Numbered from the stretch's first letter, positions 42,065 to 53,742 are shown. The stretch is DNA of 64,000 bases from Andalucia godoyi And28 (GCA_009859145.1 VRVR01000006.1:119335-183334); one strand, 5' to 3'. The notes: generated from the letters alone by a model not told the origin. Numbers and translations are program-made.

Positions 42065-45000
42065 ATGGAGAAGCAGTCTTCTTCGAGACCAAGTTCCCGG
42101 TCTTCTCGGCCTTCATCCTCTCAGTCGTCCTCTCGAAGGCCGCAATCAGCGCAAAGGCCTCGAAATACAGAGGATGCAGAACCGCTGACAGAATCCAGCC
42201 AATCGGCGCCACCGCTTCCTTCTAACACGCAAGAAAATGCGGATGCGTTGGGACTTGCACATGATGGGGCCTCAGCCGCAGATCTGCTCTCGTCGAGTGT
42301 GAGCGCTGCGAACGAAGGTCCTGAACAACCGTCCTATCAGCAGTCATTGTTTGTCGACCGTGGAAATGTCGATGGCTTGATGGCGTTATATGCGGGAAAT
42401 GTGCATTCGAAGCATGATGATGATGTAGAACAGCAAATGAACAAGGAGGGTGCTGGGTATCGTGAGCACGGAGAAGAGGAAGATGGTGATCGCCCGGATG
42501 CAACGGATAACGAGGAGGAGGCCCCGTTGTTCGAGCATGATGATCCGGAGGATGTCGATGCTTTCAGTGCACGAGTGAGACACCTTCCAGCTCGCTCTCG
42601 CGTCTACTCCACAATCGAATCCATCAAGGATTCGCTTCGACGGAGACATGGAGCGGCGCCGATTGATTATCTGTCCGAGTTGGACAAGGACGTTGAAAAA
42701 TCAGGAATTGTTCTCGGGACCATTCCAGTGGAAGAGCTGGACCGCATTCAAGCGGAAAAGGAAGAAGAGCTTCGACGCCAGTCTGAGATTGTCGAAGCAA
42801 ATCATCGAAAGGATCTTAATGACATTGCAGATTTGGAGCTGCTGGCTCTGAAGCGCTTGGAGGAGGATGCGAGGAACCGGGAGCGTGCCAAACTGGAGAG
42901 GGAGAGGCGGCGGGATCTGCTACATGAGCGTCGAATGAGGAATCTGCGAAAGAGTTTTGCACGAGCCAAACGACAACTCACAGTGGTGCTGAACCGCCGA
43001 CAGACCCAAATTCAGTCGACTTATGGTATCCTTCGGAATGCGATGGTGGCGTATGGGACACGGTCAGGTCAACGTTCGTCAGTGGACTGGTCAAAATACA
43101 AGAGGGGAGTTGAGATCAAGATTGAGCTAATTCGCGCCGTGAAGGACAAGGTCCCCGCGGGCCACTTTGTGCTGTTGACCTCTGTGTATGAACGGTTGGG
43201 AGGTGCCTTGCTTCCGTGGAAGGCATCCATGTTTGGCAAGAAGAAGGGCGAAATTTCTTCTGCACAGAGACTGCTGTCGGCGTGTCCATTGCATGAGCAG
43301 TTTAATGATGCCTGTGAGGCCTGCAGAGGCCTTGTGGGATCCACGGTTCCCATTGCTCATGACGGTCAGTTTTCCAGTGTCGAGATGCGATTCGCTCAAT
43401 CTCTTTATACTGTCGCACCTTCGAAACGGTTCATGAAGCCATACATGACGTTTGTTTTTGAACTGGTCTTGCTGAAGGACGAGCACTTCCGCCAATACAA
43501 CCAGGTGGTTGCCTGGGCCGCATTCCCGCTTTGTGATCCACGATTTGATGTCGTGCAGGGAAAATATCGTGTTCCGATGATGCGAGGCGGCATCAACTCA
43601 AAAGTGAACAGCTATGCGAAGATCGAAAGCGAACTGACGACGAGCATTGACAACTGGTTTGCAAATTTGTACTTTGAGGTGATCCACATGCCCCGCGTTG
43701 CCAGAAAGCGAAAGGAGTATGATTATGATCGTGAATTCACAGCGAATCTTTTGGGCTTGTCTGCGAAAGATCGCGAAGAAGCGGATGCAGATGACGGCGA
43801 AGAATCGGCCTCCTCGGCTTCGGAAGGCGAGGATGGTGATGACGGCGATGATGCAGAGTCGTCTTTGTTGGGTTCGTCCTCTGTCCGTGGCTCTCGCTCA
43901 GGGACAGCCTCTTCAAGGAGACAGTCCACCGCGGGCGGGCGTGGGTTTCTTGCCAGTCGCAGGAGGACATCCGCTGCTGCATCCGTTGTTTCTACTGCAA
44001 CGTCCAACACACACAGTTCGGATGGCCAAAAGGGTGTGGAAGAGGAAACAGTGGAGATTCTGCATGACGTTGTCCCGGGATTGTCATTTTTGCAACACGG
44101 AAACAAGGAGTCGGAGGTCCAGAATTTCTTTGATCCTGAATCCGCTAGTATCAATGTGTACACTCGAAAAGCCAAACTGCGAAAGCAGCAGGAGACACAC
44201 GCCCAGAAACTTGAGCGATATCAGTTTGCGATTAACCGCGTTGAAGGATTCCGTGCGTTTCGTGAATCTAGTCTGAAGATTATGTACATGGCGAGGGCGG
44301 TGGTTGCAGATCTGGGGCTCACCGAGTGGCGTACTATCGAATTCTGGACGACGTGGCTGCTGATTTTTATGCTGTTTTGGGCGCGTATTTATTCGCATTA
44401 CTTTGGAGAATGGCTCTTTTTGAATGCTTCTGGTATTTCTGTGTATTCCTATGACTTGTCTGCGGTTACGGTGTATTTGTCATATGACGTCCTGCAACTC
44501 AACGTAGGGTACACGGTGGGTATTCTCTGCTGCGGGTATTTGTTCAATTGTATGCTGTTTGTTCTTCTCGTTGGAATATCTCTTCTTTCTCAGTCCATAG
44601 CGGGGTCCTTTTTTGCATTTGGATCGCAGTTCATTCTTGTCTTTGGCATTGAAGTGTTTCTGGATGAGATTTTGCTCCTCATAGTGGATGCCGCCATTGG
44701 CAATACGAGCCGTGGAGATGCATTCATGTTGTACAGTTACTATTCACAGTCTTCGAATGACAACCTCGGTCTCCTGGGAGTGTGTTTGACGGTTCTTTTG
44801 TTTTTGGCGCTGATGATATTCTCCGGGTTTTTGCTGTACAACTACATCCTTCGCGTGCACAACAATGGTCTAATGCACGATGTATACGTTCGGCTTCGAG
44901 GAGCTAACCATACCTTCTTTGTGCCCCACGATATGGAGGTGTCGTTGAATGAGCTTCGATGGATCGTCGAAAAAGCAGAAGCGTGGAGAGGCTACAGAGG

Positions 45001-45652
45001 TGAGCGCAGGAAGACTGTGGTGTTCGACTACGTCACGAAAGATGAGGGGGATTCTGCGTTTTGGGAACGCACAACTCACTTGGCAGTATTTACCATGGAC
45101 TTGCGTTCCGGTAGGAAAACAGTATTCCGGCAATTTCTTCGGTTGCCAGATGGTCTTGTCATCGAAGTGTTCTCGTCGATCGAAACCCTTGGGTCGGAAG
45201 AATATTCAATCCTTCAACGGTCGTTGCTGAGACCTGCAGGAGACCAACAAGCTGGCTTGGAAGATTTCCTGGAGGGACACGTTGCCTCCCACGGATATCG
45301 CAAAGGCGCAACTGCAAATAAGCCCGGCGCGGGGAGTATGAGTCCGTCTGATGTGCGGTCGCGGGTCTCAGAGCAAGGAAGCAAATTCAAGAATTGGGCT
45401 CGTGTGAAATCGATGATTGCGGATCCTGGTTTGGAGAGCGATCCACGCAATGTCCCCGTCAGTCCATCTCGTATCTCTCAATTACAACACGAGGAAGGTT
45501 CTGCATCACCACAGAAGCCGTCGTTTGCACGATCTCCCGCTGAGCGTCGTTCATTTGCGAATTCGGCATCTGTATCAGCTGCTGGATCATTTGTGGTTGG
45601 AGGCACACCAGTGCACGGTGCAGCTCCTGACGGCGCCGGAGTTGGTTTCTGA
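42065..45652 (+). CDS. OFCC1/ojoplano-like multi-pass membrane protein, paralogue B (1195 aa)
   Basis: EIKIELIRAVKDKVPAGHFVLLTSVYERLGG, VFELVLL, VVAWAAFP, NLYFE, TM block, DVYVR.RG....FFVPHDMEVS. Colinear motifs with paralogue A. Confidence 0.75.
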   Translation: MEKQSSSRPSSRSSRPSSSQSSSRRPQSAQRPRNTEDAEPLTESSQSAPPLPSNTQENADALGLAHDGASAADLLSSSVSAANEGPEQPSYQQSLFVDRGNVDGLMALYAGNVHSKHDDDVEQQMNKEGAGYREHGEEEDGDRPDATDNEEEAPLFEHDDPEDVDAFSARVRHLPARSRVYSTIESIKDSLRRRHGAAPIDYLSELDKDVEKSGIVLGTIPVEELDRIQAEKEEELRRQSEIVEANHRKDLNDIADLELLALKRLEEDARNRERAKLERERRRDLLHERRMRNLRKSFARAKRQLTVVLNRRQTQIQSTYGILRNAMVAYGTRSGQRSSVDWSKYKRGVEIKIELIRAVKDKVPAGHFVLLTSVYERLGGALLPWKASMFGKKKGEISSAQRLLSACPLHEQFNDACEACRGLVGSTVPIAHDGQFSSVEMRFAQSLYTVAPSKRFMKPYMTFVFELVLLKDEHFRQYNQVVAWAAFPLCDPRFDVVQGKYRVPMMRGGINSKVNSYAKIESELTTSIDNWFANLYFEVIHMPRVARKRKEYDYDREFTANLLGLSAKDREEADADDGEESASSASEGEDGDDGDDAESSLLGSSSVRGSRSGTASSRRQSTAGGRGFLASRRRTSAAASVVSTATSNTHSSDGQKGVEEETVEILHDVVPGLSFLQHGNKESEVQNFFDPESASINVYTRKAKLRKQQETHAQKLERYQFAINRVEGFRAFRESSLKIMYMARAVVADLGLTEWRTIEFWTTWLLIFMLFWARIYSHYFGEWLFLNASGISVYSYDLSAVTVYLSYDVLQLNVGYTVGILCCGYLFNCMLFVLLVGISLLSQSIAGSFFAFGSQFILVFGIEVFLDEILLLIVDAAIGNTSRGDAFMLYSYYSQSSNDNLGLLGVCLTVLLFLALMIFSGFLLYNYILRVHNNGLMHDVYVRLRGANHTFFVPHDMEVSLNELRWIVEKAEAWRGYRGERRKTVVFDYVTKDEGDSAFWERTTHLAVFTMDLRSGRKTVFRQFLRLPDGLVIEVFSSIETLGSEEYSILQRSLLRPAGDQQAGLEDFLEGHVASHGYRKGATANKPGAGSMSPSDVRSRVSEQGSKFKNWARVKSMIADPGLESDPRNVPVSPSRISQLQHEEGSASPQKPSFARSPAERRSFANSASVSAAGSFVVGGTPVHGAAPDGAGVGF

Positions 45653-45755
45653 TCGGCGCGCCGCAATTTTCTGTCGCCCATCCTGCGAATGCGGGTAACT
45701 CGGCGAGTATTGTACAGATTGCTTTCATTCATAAATTATGTGGGTATTTTTCGTC

Positions 45756-47086
45756 CTATGCTCCGTATCCGATGTTTGACAATGTAAACGCAGTGAGGAG
45801 GATTGTCCAGTCGTGAACTGAATCCCAGTCAATGGCAGATTCGTCGTCCCACACCGTGTGCCAGACAGACGGGAAAGGGTACGGAATCAGATGCAGCACG
45901 GGTACTCCTAATTTCACAAACGGTACGTCTATTTCAGAGCAGAAGAGAGTCAGCAAGCGCGGTGGGCCGTAAACAGAACAAGGAAGCAGAAACAGAAACA
46001 GAAACAGCGATAAACAATGACAAATACACAGAAGAAGAAGAAAAAAACATACGATCATCTTCGATACCAAATCCATCCATTGGCACATCAGACGTCAGTT
46101 CTCGATCTGGGTGCTTTGCAAAATACCCTTTGGAACGAAGGAAGCCTTCCATTTTGCGCAAAAGGGGAAATCGGACCGAGACGGCTCTTCCATACGAATG
46201 AACGTGCACGTTCGAGTCCTTGGATCCCAGCAGATCAAGCAAGATGAGCAGAGAAATGTCGCCCAGTTTCGCGCTGGATTTCCATTTTTGCACCAAGTGA
46301 CGCGAGCCATCTTTACAGAGAAGGGGAGGGGGGTAAGAAACGTCAGGACATCATCATCATCATCATCACCATCACGATGCAACCACATAGGCTGGAAAAG
46401 GAAACGTGACATACAGAGACTGTCTTGGGCAGACCAGTCCTTGAAGGCTTCTTCGCCATCAAAAAACACTAGATCCACACAAACAGCTGGTCGGGCATGG
46501 GATACATAGATTCTATCAAGCAAATGGCCAATCTCTAACAGTATACCCACAGATGCTGTGCTGTCGGTTGCTGCAACGAAGACAAAGTCCTTTTTGAGTT
46601 TGTTGATTCCTCCGTGGGAGAGCACATAAGTAACAGAGAAGATGAAAAATCATTCTGAAGAAGAAAAAAACATCAACGCCGGTGGCTGAGATGGCTGAAT
46701 CATACCTCGAAGTACTTGGACTCCCAGTGTGCAGAAAGGACGATTCTTGCACGACAACCCTCGCTTCCAAACGACGCAATGACGTTTGTGAATTGTCTTT
46801 GTCCAAACGGCGTTGCAGCACTGAACGAGTCCCGTGACACCGAAGCGTTTTTCATGGTTTTCAACTCGGACAGCAGCAATTTGAGAGTTTCATTGTGCCC
46901 CGGCGATCCAGGATAGCGATCTCCCAATCTCAAAATGGAATAAATCGTGTTTTGCAATCGAGCATGGCTGATCTCGAATAACAGTGGTTCCCACGACTTG
47001 CTCCAAACCACGCCCTTTTTTTCCGACGAGGCAAAGCACAACGGCCCAAAAGCCAGAATAAACAAGAAAACTCTGGTGAACCGCAT
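45756..47086 (-). CDS. QPCT: Glutaminyl-peptide cyclotransferase (M28 fold), about 4 exons
   Basis: Signal peptide; RYPGSPGH, FTNVIA, LSAHWESKYF, AATDS, FFDGEEAF..W...DSL, LLDLLG, IEDDH, GVPVLHLIP.PFPSVWHT distributed over GT-AG separated exons. Exact junctions were not all resolved. Confidence 0.88.
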
Positions 47087-47546
47087 GCCAACGTCGCTTC
47101 TTTTCTTTTCTTTTCTTTTCTTTTCTTCTTTTTTTCCCCCTTGGTTCTTCGCCTGATTTCTGTCCTCTTCGTCTCTCTGTCTGCCGCCGTTGTGCAGTGC
47201 GTGCTGCGGTAGCTAAACCGATGCAAAAAATCTAGTCGGTTCGTCGGGGAAATTCGGGAACCAATGAGTGCTGCATTCGGAATTAAATTCTCCGCAGAAA
47301 GAACGGTCCGGCAAGCACCTAACAAAAACGCTTGTTATGCTAACCAAAGGTCTGGGGGAGGGAAAGCTAACCCTAGGCAAGGGTTGTGCATTAGAAGTGT
47401 TTACCCTTCCCCTGCATCCTTTCCCCCCCCCCCCCTACTTCACAATAAAACTACTGATCCCCTTTCCAATTGACACAGACAATTTCCATGGAGTTTCTTC
47501 ATTTGTTCGTCGACTTTTCGTGCTAGGCCATCGAGAACCCATTAGA

Positions 47547-48145
47547 ATGACTGACATTTTCTCGAATTTTGAGCAGGGCTCTGTTACCGTCAAGGATGTT
47601 GATGCACAGAAGTTCATCGCTGCATACGCTGCACACCTCAAGAAGTCTGGTAAGCTCGAAGTTCCCAAGTGGGCCGACCTTGTCAAGACTGCCACTCAAA
47701 AGCAGCATGGTCCTTATGATGCCGACTGGTTCTTTGTTCGTTGTGGTATGTGTCTCTAGAATCGATTCGGATTTTCATCGGGTGCAGTCTTGATCCTCTA
47801 TGACTTTTCCCTGATGACATTCCACTCTGAAACATGCACTAATAACATTTATTTTCTGCTTGCTTTTTCCCGTTCACGTTTCCAACAGCATCGATTGCCC
47901 GCCGTATCTACCTCCAGCCTGGTCTCGGAATCAAGTCTCTGAACGCCAAGTACGGTGGTGCCGAGAAGATTGGCTTCCACCCCAACCGCTTCCACGCAGC
48001 GTCCGGCTCTGTGAACCGCGCCGCCATCCATGCTCTTGAGAAGTTGAAGGTTATCGAGAAGCACGGAGTTGCCGGCCGCAAGGTCTCTCGCGACGGACAA
48101 AAGGATGTCGACCGAATTGCCGTTCAGATCGCCAAGGCTCAGTAA
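47547..48145 (+). CDS. RPS19: 40S ribosomal protein S19e (intron 47746-47888)
   Basis: [41 protein letters not shown]|[30 protein letters not shown]. Confidence 0.96.
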
Positions 48146-48579
48146 GCATTTGTCAACGTTGTTCTGTGCGTTCCGTGTAAGTTGTCATGTTGTATTGTTG
48201 TTTCGGCAAGATGTGAACTCGTCAGGAATGTGTTTACATTGGTATAAAAATTGAAAATAGACCTGCATATGTGTGTGTGTGTGTGGAGTGCGCTTTTGCA
48301 TTCTTTTGTGCATTCAAAGAACCCGGGATTGGGTGGGAAACTGTCTGTCAAGTTGTTGTTTTGCATGAGTGTTTTGTGCGTGGTCCGATCGAAGTTTCTT
48401 GTATCGCGCTTGACGTTGCTTCATTCAACAGCCCCGCAAAAAACCAAAACAAAAAAAACATGGACTGCCCAGATTTCACCCAGTCGCGGGCTTGGCACAC
48501 ACACGACAGGAGATGAAGAAGAAGAAGGTATAACATAATTTTAATAATATTACATATTCTGAAATAAAGGCAAAAGGAA

Positions 48580-49473
48580 ATGTGGGGAGCAACATGGATC
48601 GCTTTGCATCCGTTCCTCAGCGGGACCGTTGCCTTAACAACAGGGATAGGAGCCGGTGCTCTTTTAGAAAAGGCAATGCCTCCGGTTGGTCCAGCAAACA
48701 TCATCCTTTCGAAAGTAACATCGCGTAATGAAGCCCGATTCAGCATCTTGTCGCTCTTGGAAACTGCTGCAATGGGAGCTGCAACGCGGTCGTTTGTTCT
48801 CGTGCTCTCCAAGTGGGTCGGTCTCATCCAAGATGCCCCCGCAACTGCATCGTCGGCCGCTGCACTGAGCCGCTGGGAACCGTATCTCCTGGCCCCGATG
48901 ATTGCAGCGCTATCGGGCGACACGAACAGTTTGTGGATTGCAGCTGGGACGCTGTTTGGCACAGGACTGCTGCACATCGCATATGCATGTGCACCAAGTC
49001 TCGTTGTCGGCATCGAGGAATCGTCTCTATTGCGAATCCCACCGCAGTATGAACTTCCATTTGCACTGCTGATGTATGCCGCAATGTTTGCACTGAAGAA
49101 GGCAATGACCCCTGCTGCCGAGTCCGTTTTTAACATTCGAAAGATCGAGTGGACTCCGGCGATGTGTGGACTTGCGATGGGTGCGCTGCATTTTGTTTCC
49201 ATGCTCACAAGCGGCCATCCAATCTCCATCGTCCAGCCTATTCTGCGCCTTCTCTCCCCAACAACGCCTAGTGCAAGATCCTTTGTGTGGTCGCACCCTT
49301 ACTCCGCGCTGCTGCTTGCCGGCATCGCAACCGGGTCGTTTCTCGGCTCATGGTGCTCCGGCTCTTTCCGCGTGCGAAAAAGTTCCTCGAAGAAGCGCCT
49401 CGGAATCAAGGAGCGAATCGCTCTCGCAAGCATTGGGCTCGCTATCTTTCTTGTCGTTCGATTCTTCCCCTAG
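48580..49473 (+). CDS. Multi-pass membrane protein, YeeE/YedE (thiosulfate/sulfur transport)-like
   Basis: GTLFGTG..IA.AC, WTPAMCGLAMGAL...S...G.P, LLAGIATGSFLGS..SGSFR resemble YeeE/YedE repeats. Divergent. Confidence 0.5.
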   Translation: MWGATWIALHPFLSGTVALTTGIGAGALLEKAMPPVGPANIILSKVTSRNEARFSILSLLETAAMGAATRSFVLVLSKWVGLIQDAPATASSAAALSRWEPYLLAPMIAALSGDTNSLWIAAGTLFGTGLLHIAYACAPSLVVGIEESSLLRIPPQYELPFALLMYAAMFALKKAMTPAAESVFNIRKIEWTPAMCGLAMGALHFVSMLTSGHPISIVQPILRLLSPTTPSARSFVWSHPYSALLLAGIATGSFLGSWCSGSFRVRKSSSKKRLGIKERIALASIGLAIFLVVRFFP

Positions 49474-49774
49474 AGAGAAATCGCATCCTTGTTTGCCATG
49501 TGCCCATTTTCTTCTTCTCTGCTATTTGTCACGTGTGTCACGCGCTGTTGCACAGTTTTGATGCATGTGTGATGGGCGTGTCAAGTTGTGCTGTCGGCCG
49601 GTCACATGCCGAGAGAGGGAATTTGCAGAGGCCAAATCTCCAGTTCAAGCGTCACGCACTTGTGTTGTTTTGTTGTTTTGTTTTTTTAATTATATATATA
49701 TGTATGTATATATTTTTGCAAGTCAACAGCAAACCCATTGGCATGAAGTGGGTCATTCTCTGAGAATATCGAAG

Positions 49775-50404
49775 ATGAATGCTGCTTGCAGGTACGTGCA
49801 ATTCGCCACCCGGCGAGGAGTTCAGAGGCTGTTCTTCGCGACTCTGACAGATCCCGCTCCGAACCGGTTGTTTGTTCTCTATGACGGCGACTGTCCGCTT
49901 TGTGTCCGGGAAATTGACTTCCTCGCGAAACGGACCCGTCGATATGCAACCTCCTCTTCCGTTGAATTCATCGATCTGTCTCTGCTCAACATGGAACGTG
50001 ATATTCGCAACAACAACAACAACAATGATATCGCTGCTGTTCCGAATGGTACTGTGTGCTCGGCTGGTTTAAGACGACTGCGAGTGTTGAATGAGAATAT
50101 GACGAAAGAAGCGCAAACAGCGGTTCTCAGGCATTTTGATCCAACGTCGTCGTGGGATCGGAGGCAGCTTTTGTTGTATATGCACGCAGTCCGGGCGGAC
50201 GGATCGCTTCTAAAGGGACTCGATGTCTTTGCAGAAATGTACAAACTGGCGGGATTTCCCACAATCAGCAGATTCCTCGCTTCTCCTTTTCTAAGACCTG
50301 CATTGGACACTGCGTATCGATGGTTTGCACACAACAGAGCATGGATCACTCGGCGAAAGAACTGCGAAATATGCACTGTCCCGACGTTTGTTAAAAAGCA
50401 GTGA
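49775..50404 (+). CDS. DCC-family (DUF393/DCC1-like) thiol-disulfide oxidoreductase
   Basis: VLYDGDCPLCVREI, G.DVF..MY...G, LD.AYRWFA.NR..IT, C-terminal CxxC. Start at ATG 49775. Confidence 0.88.
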   Translation: MNAACRYVQFATRRGVQRLFFATLTDPAPNRLFVLYDGDCPLCVREIDFLAKRTRRYATSSSVEFIDLSLLNMERDIRNNNNNNDIAAVPNGTVCSAGLRRLRVLNENMTKEAQTAVLRHFDPTSSWDRRQLLLYMHAVRADGSLLKGLDVFAEMYKLAGFPTISRFLASPFLRPALDTAYRWFAHNRAWITRRKNCEICTVPTFVKKQ

Positions 50405-50613
50405 TTTCACAAAACGCATGTACTCGTTTCCTCGAACACAAAGATCGCCGTTCCTTTGAATTGAAGAAACCTGCACTCCACTGCGCACGGTAATAAAAGG
50501 GAAGGCGACAGGAACTGAAGTAAGGCTCTGCACACATATACGTACATGCTTTTTTAACGTCATTTATTCTGTTTTATTGTTCTCATTGTTCTTTGACAGA
50601 ATAAGAGGAGAAG

Positions 50614-51687
50614 ATGCGGTTTATTGGGCTTCCGCGGTATGTGCTGCAGCGGCATTTTGGGTCTTTGGCTCCTCCTGAAATGCACGGTGTTTCGATGAAG
50701 AGTCTGGGATTTGGGAATATTCTGCATGCGACTCTGGAGCCTGGAGCCTCGATGAAGGCGCGTATAGGTTCGTGTATTGGTCGTTCGTCAGACATGCGGG
50801 TTGAGCCAGTATTAGACGGAGTGTTATCTGCGATCTCTCGATTAATGACGGGTGCGCCGTTCTTTCTGGAGCGCTACACCGCGCAAGTGGATGTGCCTGC
50901 AGAGCTGTTTCTGAGTCCGCGAGGGTGGGATACAACGGTCATTCCGCTTGATGGAGCTCAGGAGTTTATCGTGCGTGGAGGGTCTTTTCTTGCGTGTTCG
51001 ACAGCGGTCAGGTTGTCAACAACGCGGCTGCCAAGAGAGTTTCTGACGGACACAGGGCTGTTTGGGCTGCATGCTCGAGGGGTTGGGCTGCTCGCACTTG
51101 CTGGATATGGAAAGCTGCATCGCATCGAACTTACCAGTGACGAGGAATACGTGTTTAACCGTAGGAATGTCGTTGCGTGGAGCGACTCGGTGAACATCAT
51201 ACCTCTCAATCCCATGCACCGATGGTCGATTTTCCTCGGTCGAAACCTGTTTGACAAGGAAAAACTGACACAGGCGTTGGCTGCGTGGTCCAATCGAAAG
51301 GCTCGATACTGCAATTTGAAAGGGCCGGGAGTTGTGTATATGACTGCTCACGTGGAACACAGACCTCCACTGATTCTGCGCTCCAAGCTCGCCAACAAGG
51401 CAAGCCCTGAAGAACTGGACTATCAACTGGTGATGGACAACATCTCTCAGCAGTACTATGCGGAACAACAACAACAGCAGCAGCAGCAGCAGCAGCAAAC
51501 CACATTTAAGCTTCCTGCGTCGACAAACGGTGGCGCTCCTGAAAAGCTCCCCGAACTCACGGCAATTCCACTGTCGGGCACCGCTGATGTCTCCGGTTCC
51601 AGGGTACAACAACAGCAAGAAGAAGTCGCAAAGCAACTGGGTGAGAAGACGCAGAAAGAGGCGCTGGATCAACATCGTACGCTGTAA
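50614..51687 (+). CDS. AIM24: AIM24 family mitochondrial protein
   Basis: L.PG.SMKA..G, TGAPFFLERYTA, LFLSP, GGSFLACS, G.GLLALAGYG, VVAWS, L.GPGVVYM; poly-Q tail. Confidence 0.8.
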   Translation: MRFIGLPRYVLQRHFGSLAPPEMHGVSMKSLGFGNILHATLEPGASMKARIGSCIGRSSDMRVEPVLDGVLSAISRLMTGAPFFLERYTAQVDVPAELFLSPRGWDTTVIPLDGAQEFIVRGGSFLACSTAVRLSTTRLPREFLTDTGLFGLHARGVGLLALAGYGKLHRIELTSDEEYVFNRRNVVAWSDSVNIIPLNPMHRWSIFLGRNLFDKEKLTQALAAWSNRKARYCNLKGPGVVYMTAHVEHRPPLILRSKLANKASPEELDYQLVMDNISQQYYAEQQQQQQQQQQQTTFKLPASTNGGAPEKLPELTAIPLSGTADVSGSRVQQQQEEVAKQLGEKTQKEALDQHRTL

Positions 51688-51869
51688 TTTCATAGTAGAC
51701 AGATGCGCACATATGCATAGCCATGTGCAACCACTGAAAGGAAGGACGTCGTAATAAGAATCAATTTTTTAAATTATCATTTTTGGAAATGAAATGAATA
51801 AGCTAATGCGATAAATAAATTTTAAAAAACAAGGCAGAAACGGAATGATATTTGATCGACAGTCGTCCC

Positions 51870-53168
51870 TCAGTCTTCCTCGATGAGTGTAGACTTCGTT
51901 TCTCCGTTGGATCCTGTGTACCTTCCGCGAGAGCAATCCTGGAGCACAGAATTTGTGTTGGAATACATGCGTGTGGAAACCGTTCCTCGCAGGTCGCACT
52001 TGTTCAGCTTAGAATGAGCAATGTTCCAGCGATACAGAGTCGATCCTGCAAACGAGCACTGATCCAGAGAGGCATAGGAAAAGTCCACACATGTAAGTGC
52101 AGGAGTGTGTGTAAAACTGCAGTCACAAAACTTGGTGCTGAGCCCGGACGATCGCACAAACGTGCAATCGATGAACTGCGATGCAGAAAAATCGCAGCGC
52201 ACCAAGTCGGCGCTAGAGAAGTTGCAATTGATGAATCGACAGGCGGTCCACGAACACTCGTTGAAGCGCGCAGTTTCAAACTGGCTTCCAACAAACGTGA
52301 GTTTTGAAAATGAAATGCACCGAAACGCTGCAGATTTCGAGTGCCCGAAGCGCAGACCGGCAGTCAGGCTTGCATCGGCAGAGGAAAAGTCCACATTGTC
52401 CATGTGGCATCCTGCAATCTCAAATGAGACAGCCTTGGCACCCGCAAGCACCGGGCGGTTCAAAAATCCCTCGACGATTACACTTCCGCTCAGATCCGCA
52501 TTCGTGAAATCCGTTTCTTCGAGAATGCACTCTTCGAACCTCGACCGCTGCAAAATACACTCCTGCAGCTGCGCACGGCCAAAATCGCATCTGCAGAAAA
52601 ACGTGTCGGACAAGTCTGCGCCCGTCATGACGCAATTTCTAAACCGTACTCGATCAAAATGCATGCCCGACAGATTCATTCTTGCAAAGCACACTCCGCT
52701 GAGTTGGATCTGCAATGCCGGCGTCTCGGGAGCCATGATTCGGGAAAAGTCGTTCAGAATGCAAACCAGTTTTTCCATGGAAATGCTCTTTGTCCTGATC
52801 AACTCCGCAATTCCGAGTTCGGACTCGATGTGCGACGCAAGCGAAACTAATCCCAAAGACTCTGCATCGCGAAGCAAAGTCCGTAGCTGTGCACGGGAAA
52901 ACGCGCCTGCGTCCACAACAAGCGTATCACCGTGGGACCGCAGAAACGAAATGACCACGGGAAGAGCAAACGGGCTGCACGGAACAAGCCATTCTGATGC
53001 GGAACACGGTATGCAGCACGCCCGAAACGACCGACCCACGTCGGCCTTGTCAAACAAGTCTCGCTCGACAACGAACCGATCTGTGCCACAAAGCAGCGTC
53101 ACAACCGCATCATTTCTGCACACACCCTCGCGACCACCGCCCACCAAACCTTGCTGCTCAGAGGACAT
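51870..53168 (-). CDS. BTB/POZ plus pentapeptide-repeat protein (KCTD9-like architecture)
   Basis: VTLLCGTDRF, FALPVVISFLR.G, LLRDAESLGL..L, followed by A(D/N)LxxA pentapeptide repeats. Start at ATG 53168. Confidence 0.82.
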   Translation of the reverse strand: MSSEQQGLVGGGREGVCRNDAVVTLLCGTDRFVVERDLFDKADVGRSFRACCIPCSASEWLVPCSPFALPVVISFLRSHGDTLVVDAGAFSRAQLRTLLRDAESLGLVSLASHIESELGIAELIRTKSISMEKLVCILNDFSRIMAPETPALQIQLSGVCFARMNLSGMHFDRVRFRNCVMTGADLSDTFFCRCDFGRAQLQECILQRSRFEECILEETDFTNADLSGSVIVEGFLNRPVLAGAKAVSFEIAGCHMDNVDFSSADASLTAGLRFGHSKSAAFRCISFSKLTFVGSQFETARFNECSWTACRFINCNFSSADLVRCDFSASQFIDCTFVRSSGLSTKFCDCSFTHTPALTCVDFSYASLDQCSFAGSTLYRWNIAHSKLNKCDLRGTVSTRMYSNTNSVLQDCSRGRYTGSNGETKSTLIEED

Positions 53169-53364
53169 TGTACGCACCCGTACGCTCTGCACACCGTAGC
53201 AGAAGAAAATCAAAAATAATTTTTATTTATTTTATTATTATTATTATTATTTTGAAAAATGAATTCATTAAAAAATTGCAGACAAAAATGAAAGACTGGT
53301 AAAAGAGAGAGAAAGAAGAAGAAGAAACGGACATTTGGACATTCGGGAGACTCTCCGCATTCCG

Positions 53365-53429
53365 CACATCCATCCACACACATCCATCCACACACACCCA
53401 TCCACACACACCCATCCACACACACCCAT

Positions 53430-53464
<35 letters not shown>
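53365..53464. repeat. Degenerate (CCATCCACACACAC)n and (CA)n array
   Basis: Direct reading. Confidence 0.85.
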
Positions 53465-53466
<2 letters not shown>

Positions 53467-53742
53467 GCGCCCTCTGCTTGTGAGAAACGCGGTATTTATG
53501 AATGGCAGAATATTGTACGTACCGCTTCAGACGAGTCATCCGCAGCATGCTGGTGCTGTTGTTCTTCTTGTTGTCTTCCTTTTATTTTTATTTTTATTTC
53601 TTCGCAATATAACGAAGGACGATAAGAAAAAACAACAACAGCAACGACAAACAAAAACAAAAACAGTACTATGTACATGACTCCTGACAGAAAGGGGAAC
53701 GTAATCAAACATGGTGTGCTGCTGTGGAGTTCGCAGTTGTCT

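Noticed and set aside
47366-47385. Telobox-like AACCCTAG upstream of RPS19
   Set aside because: A single short motif not seen upstream of other genes here; cannot be supported.
47790-47835. C/D-like motifs in the RPS19 intron
   Set aside because: Spacing between TGATGA and CTGA is too short for a canonical snoRNA.
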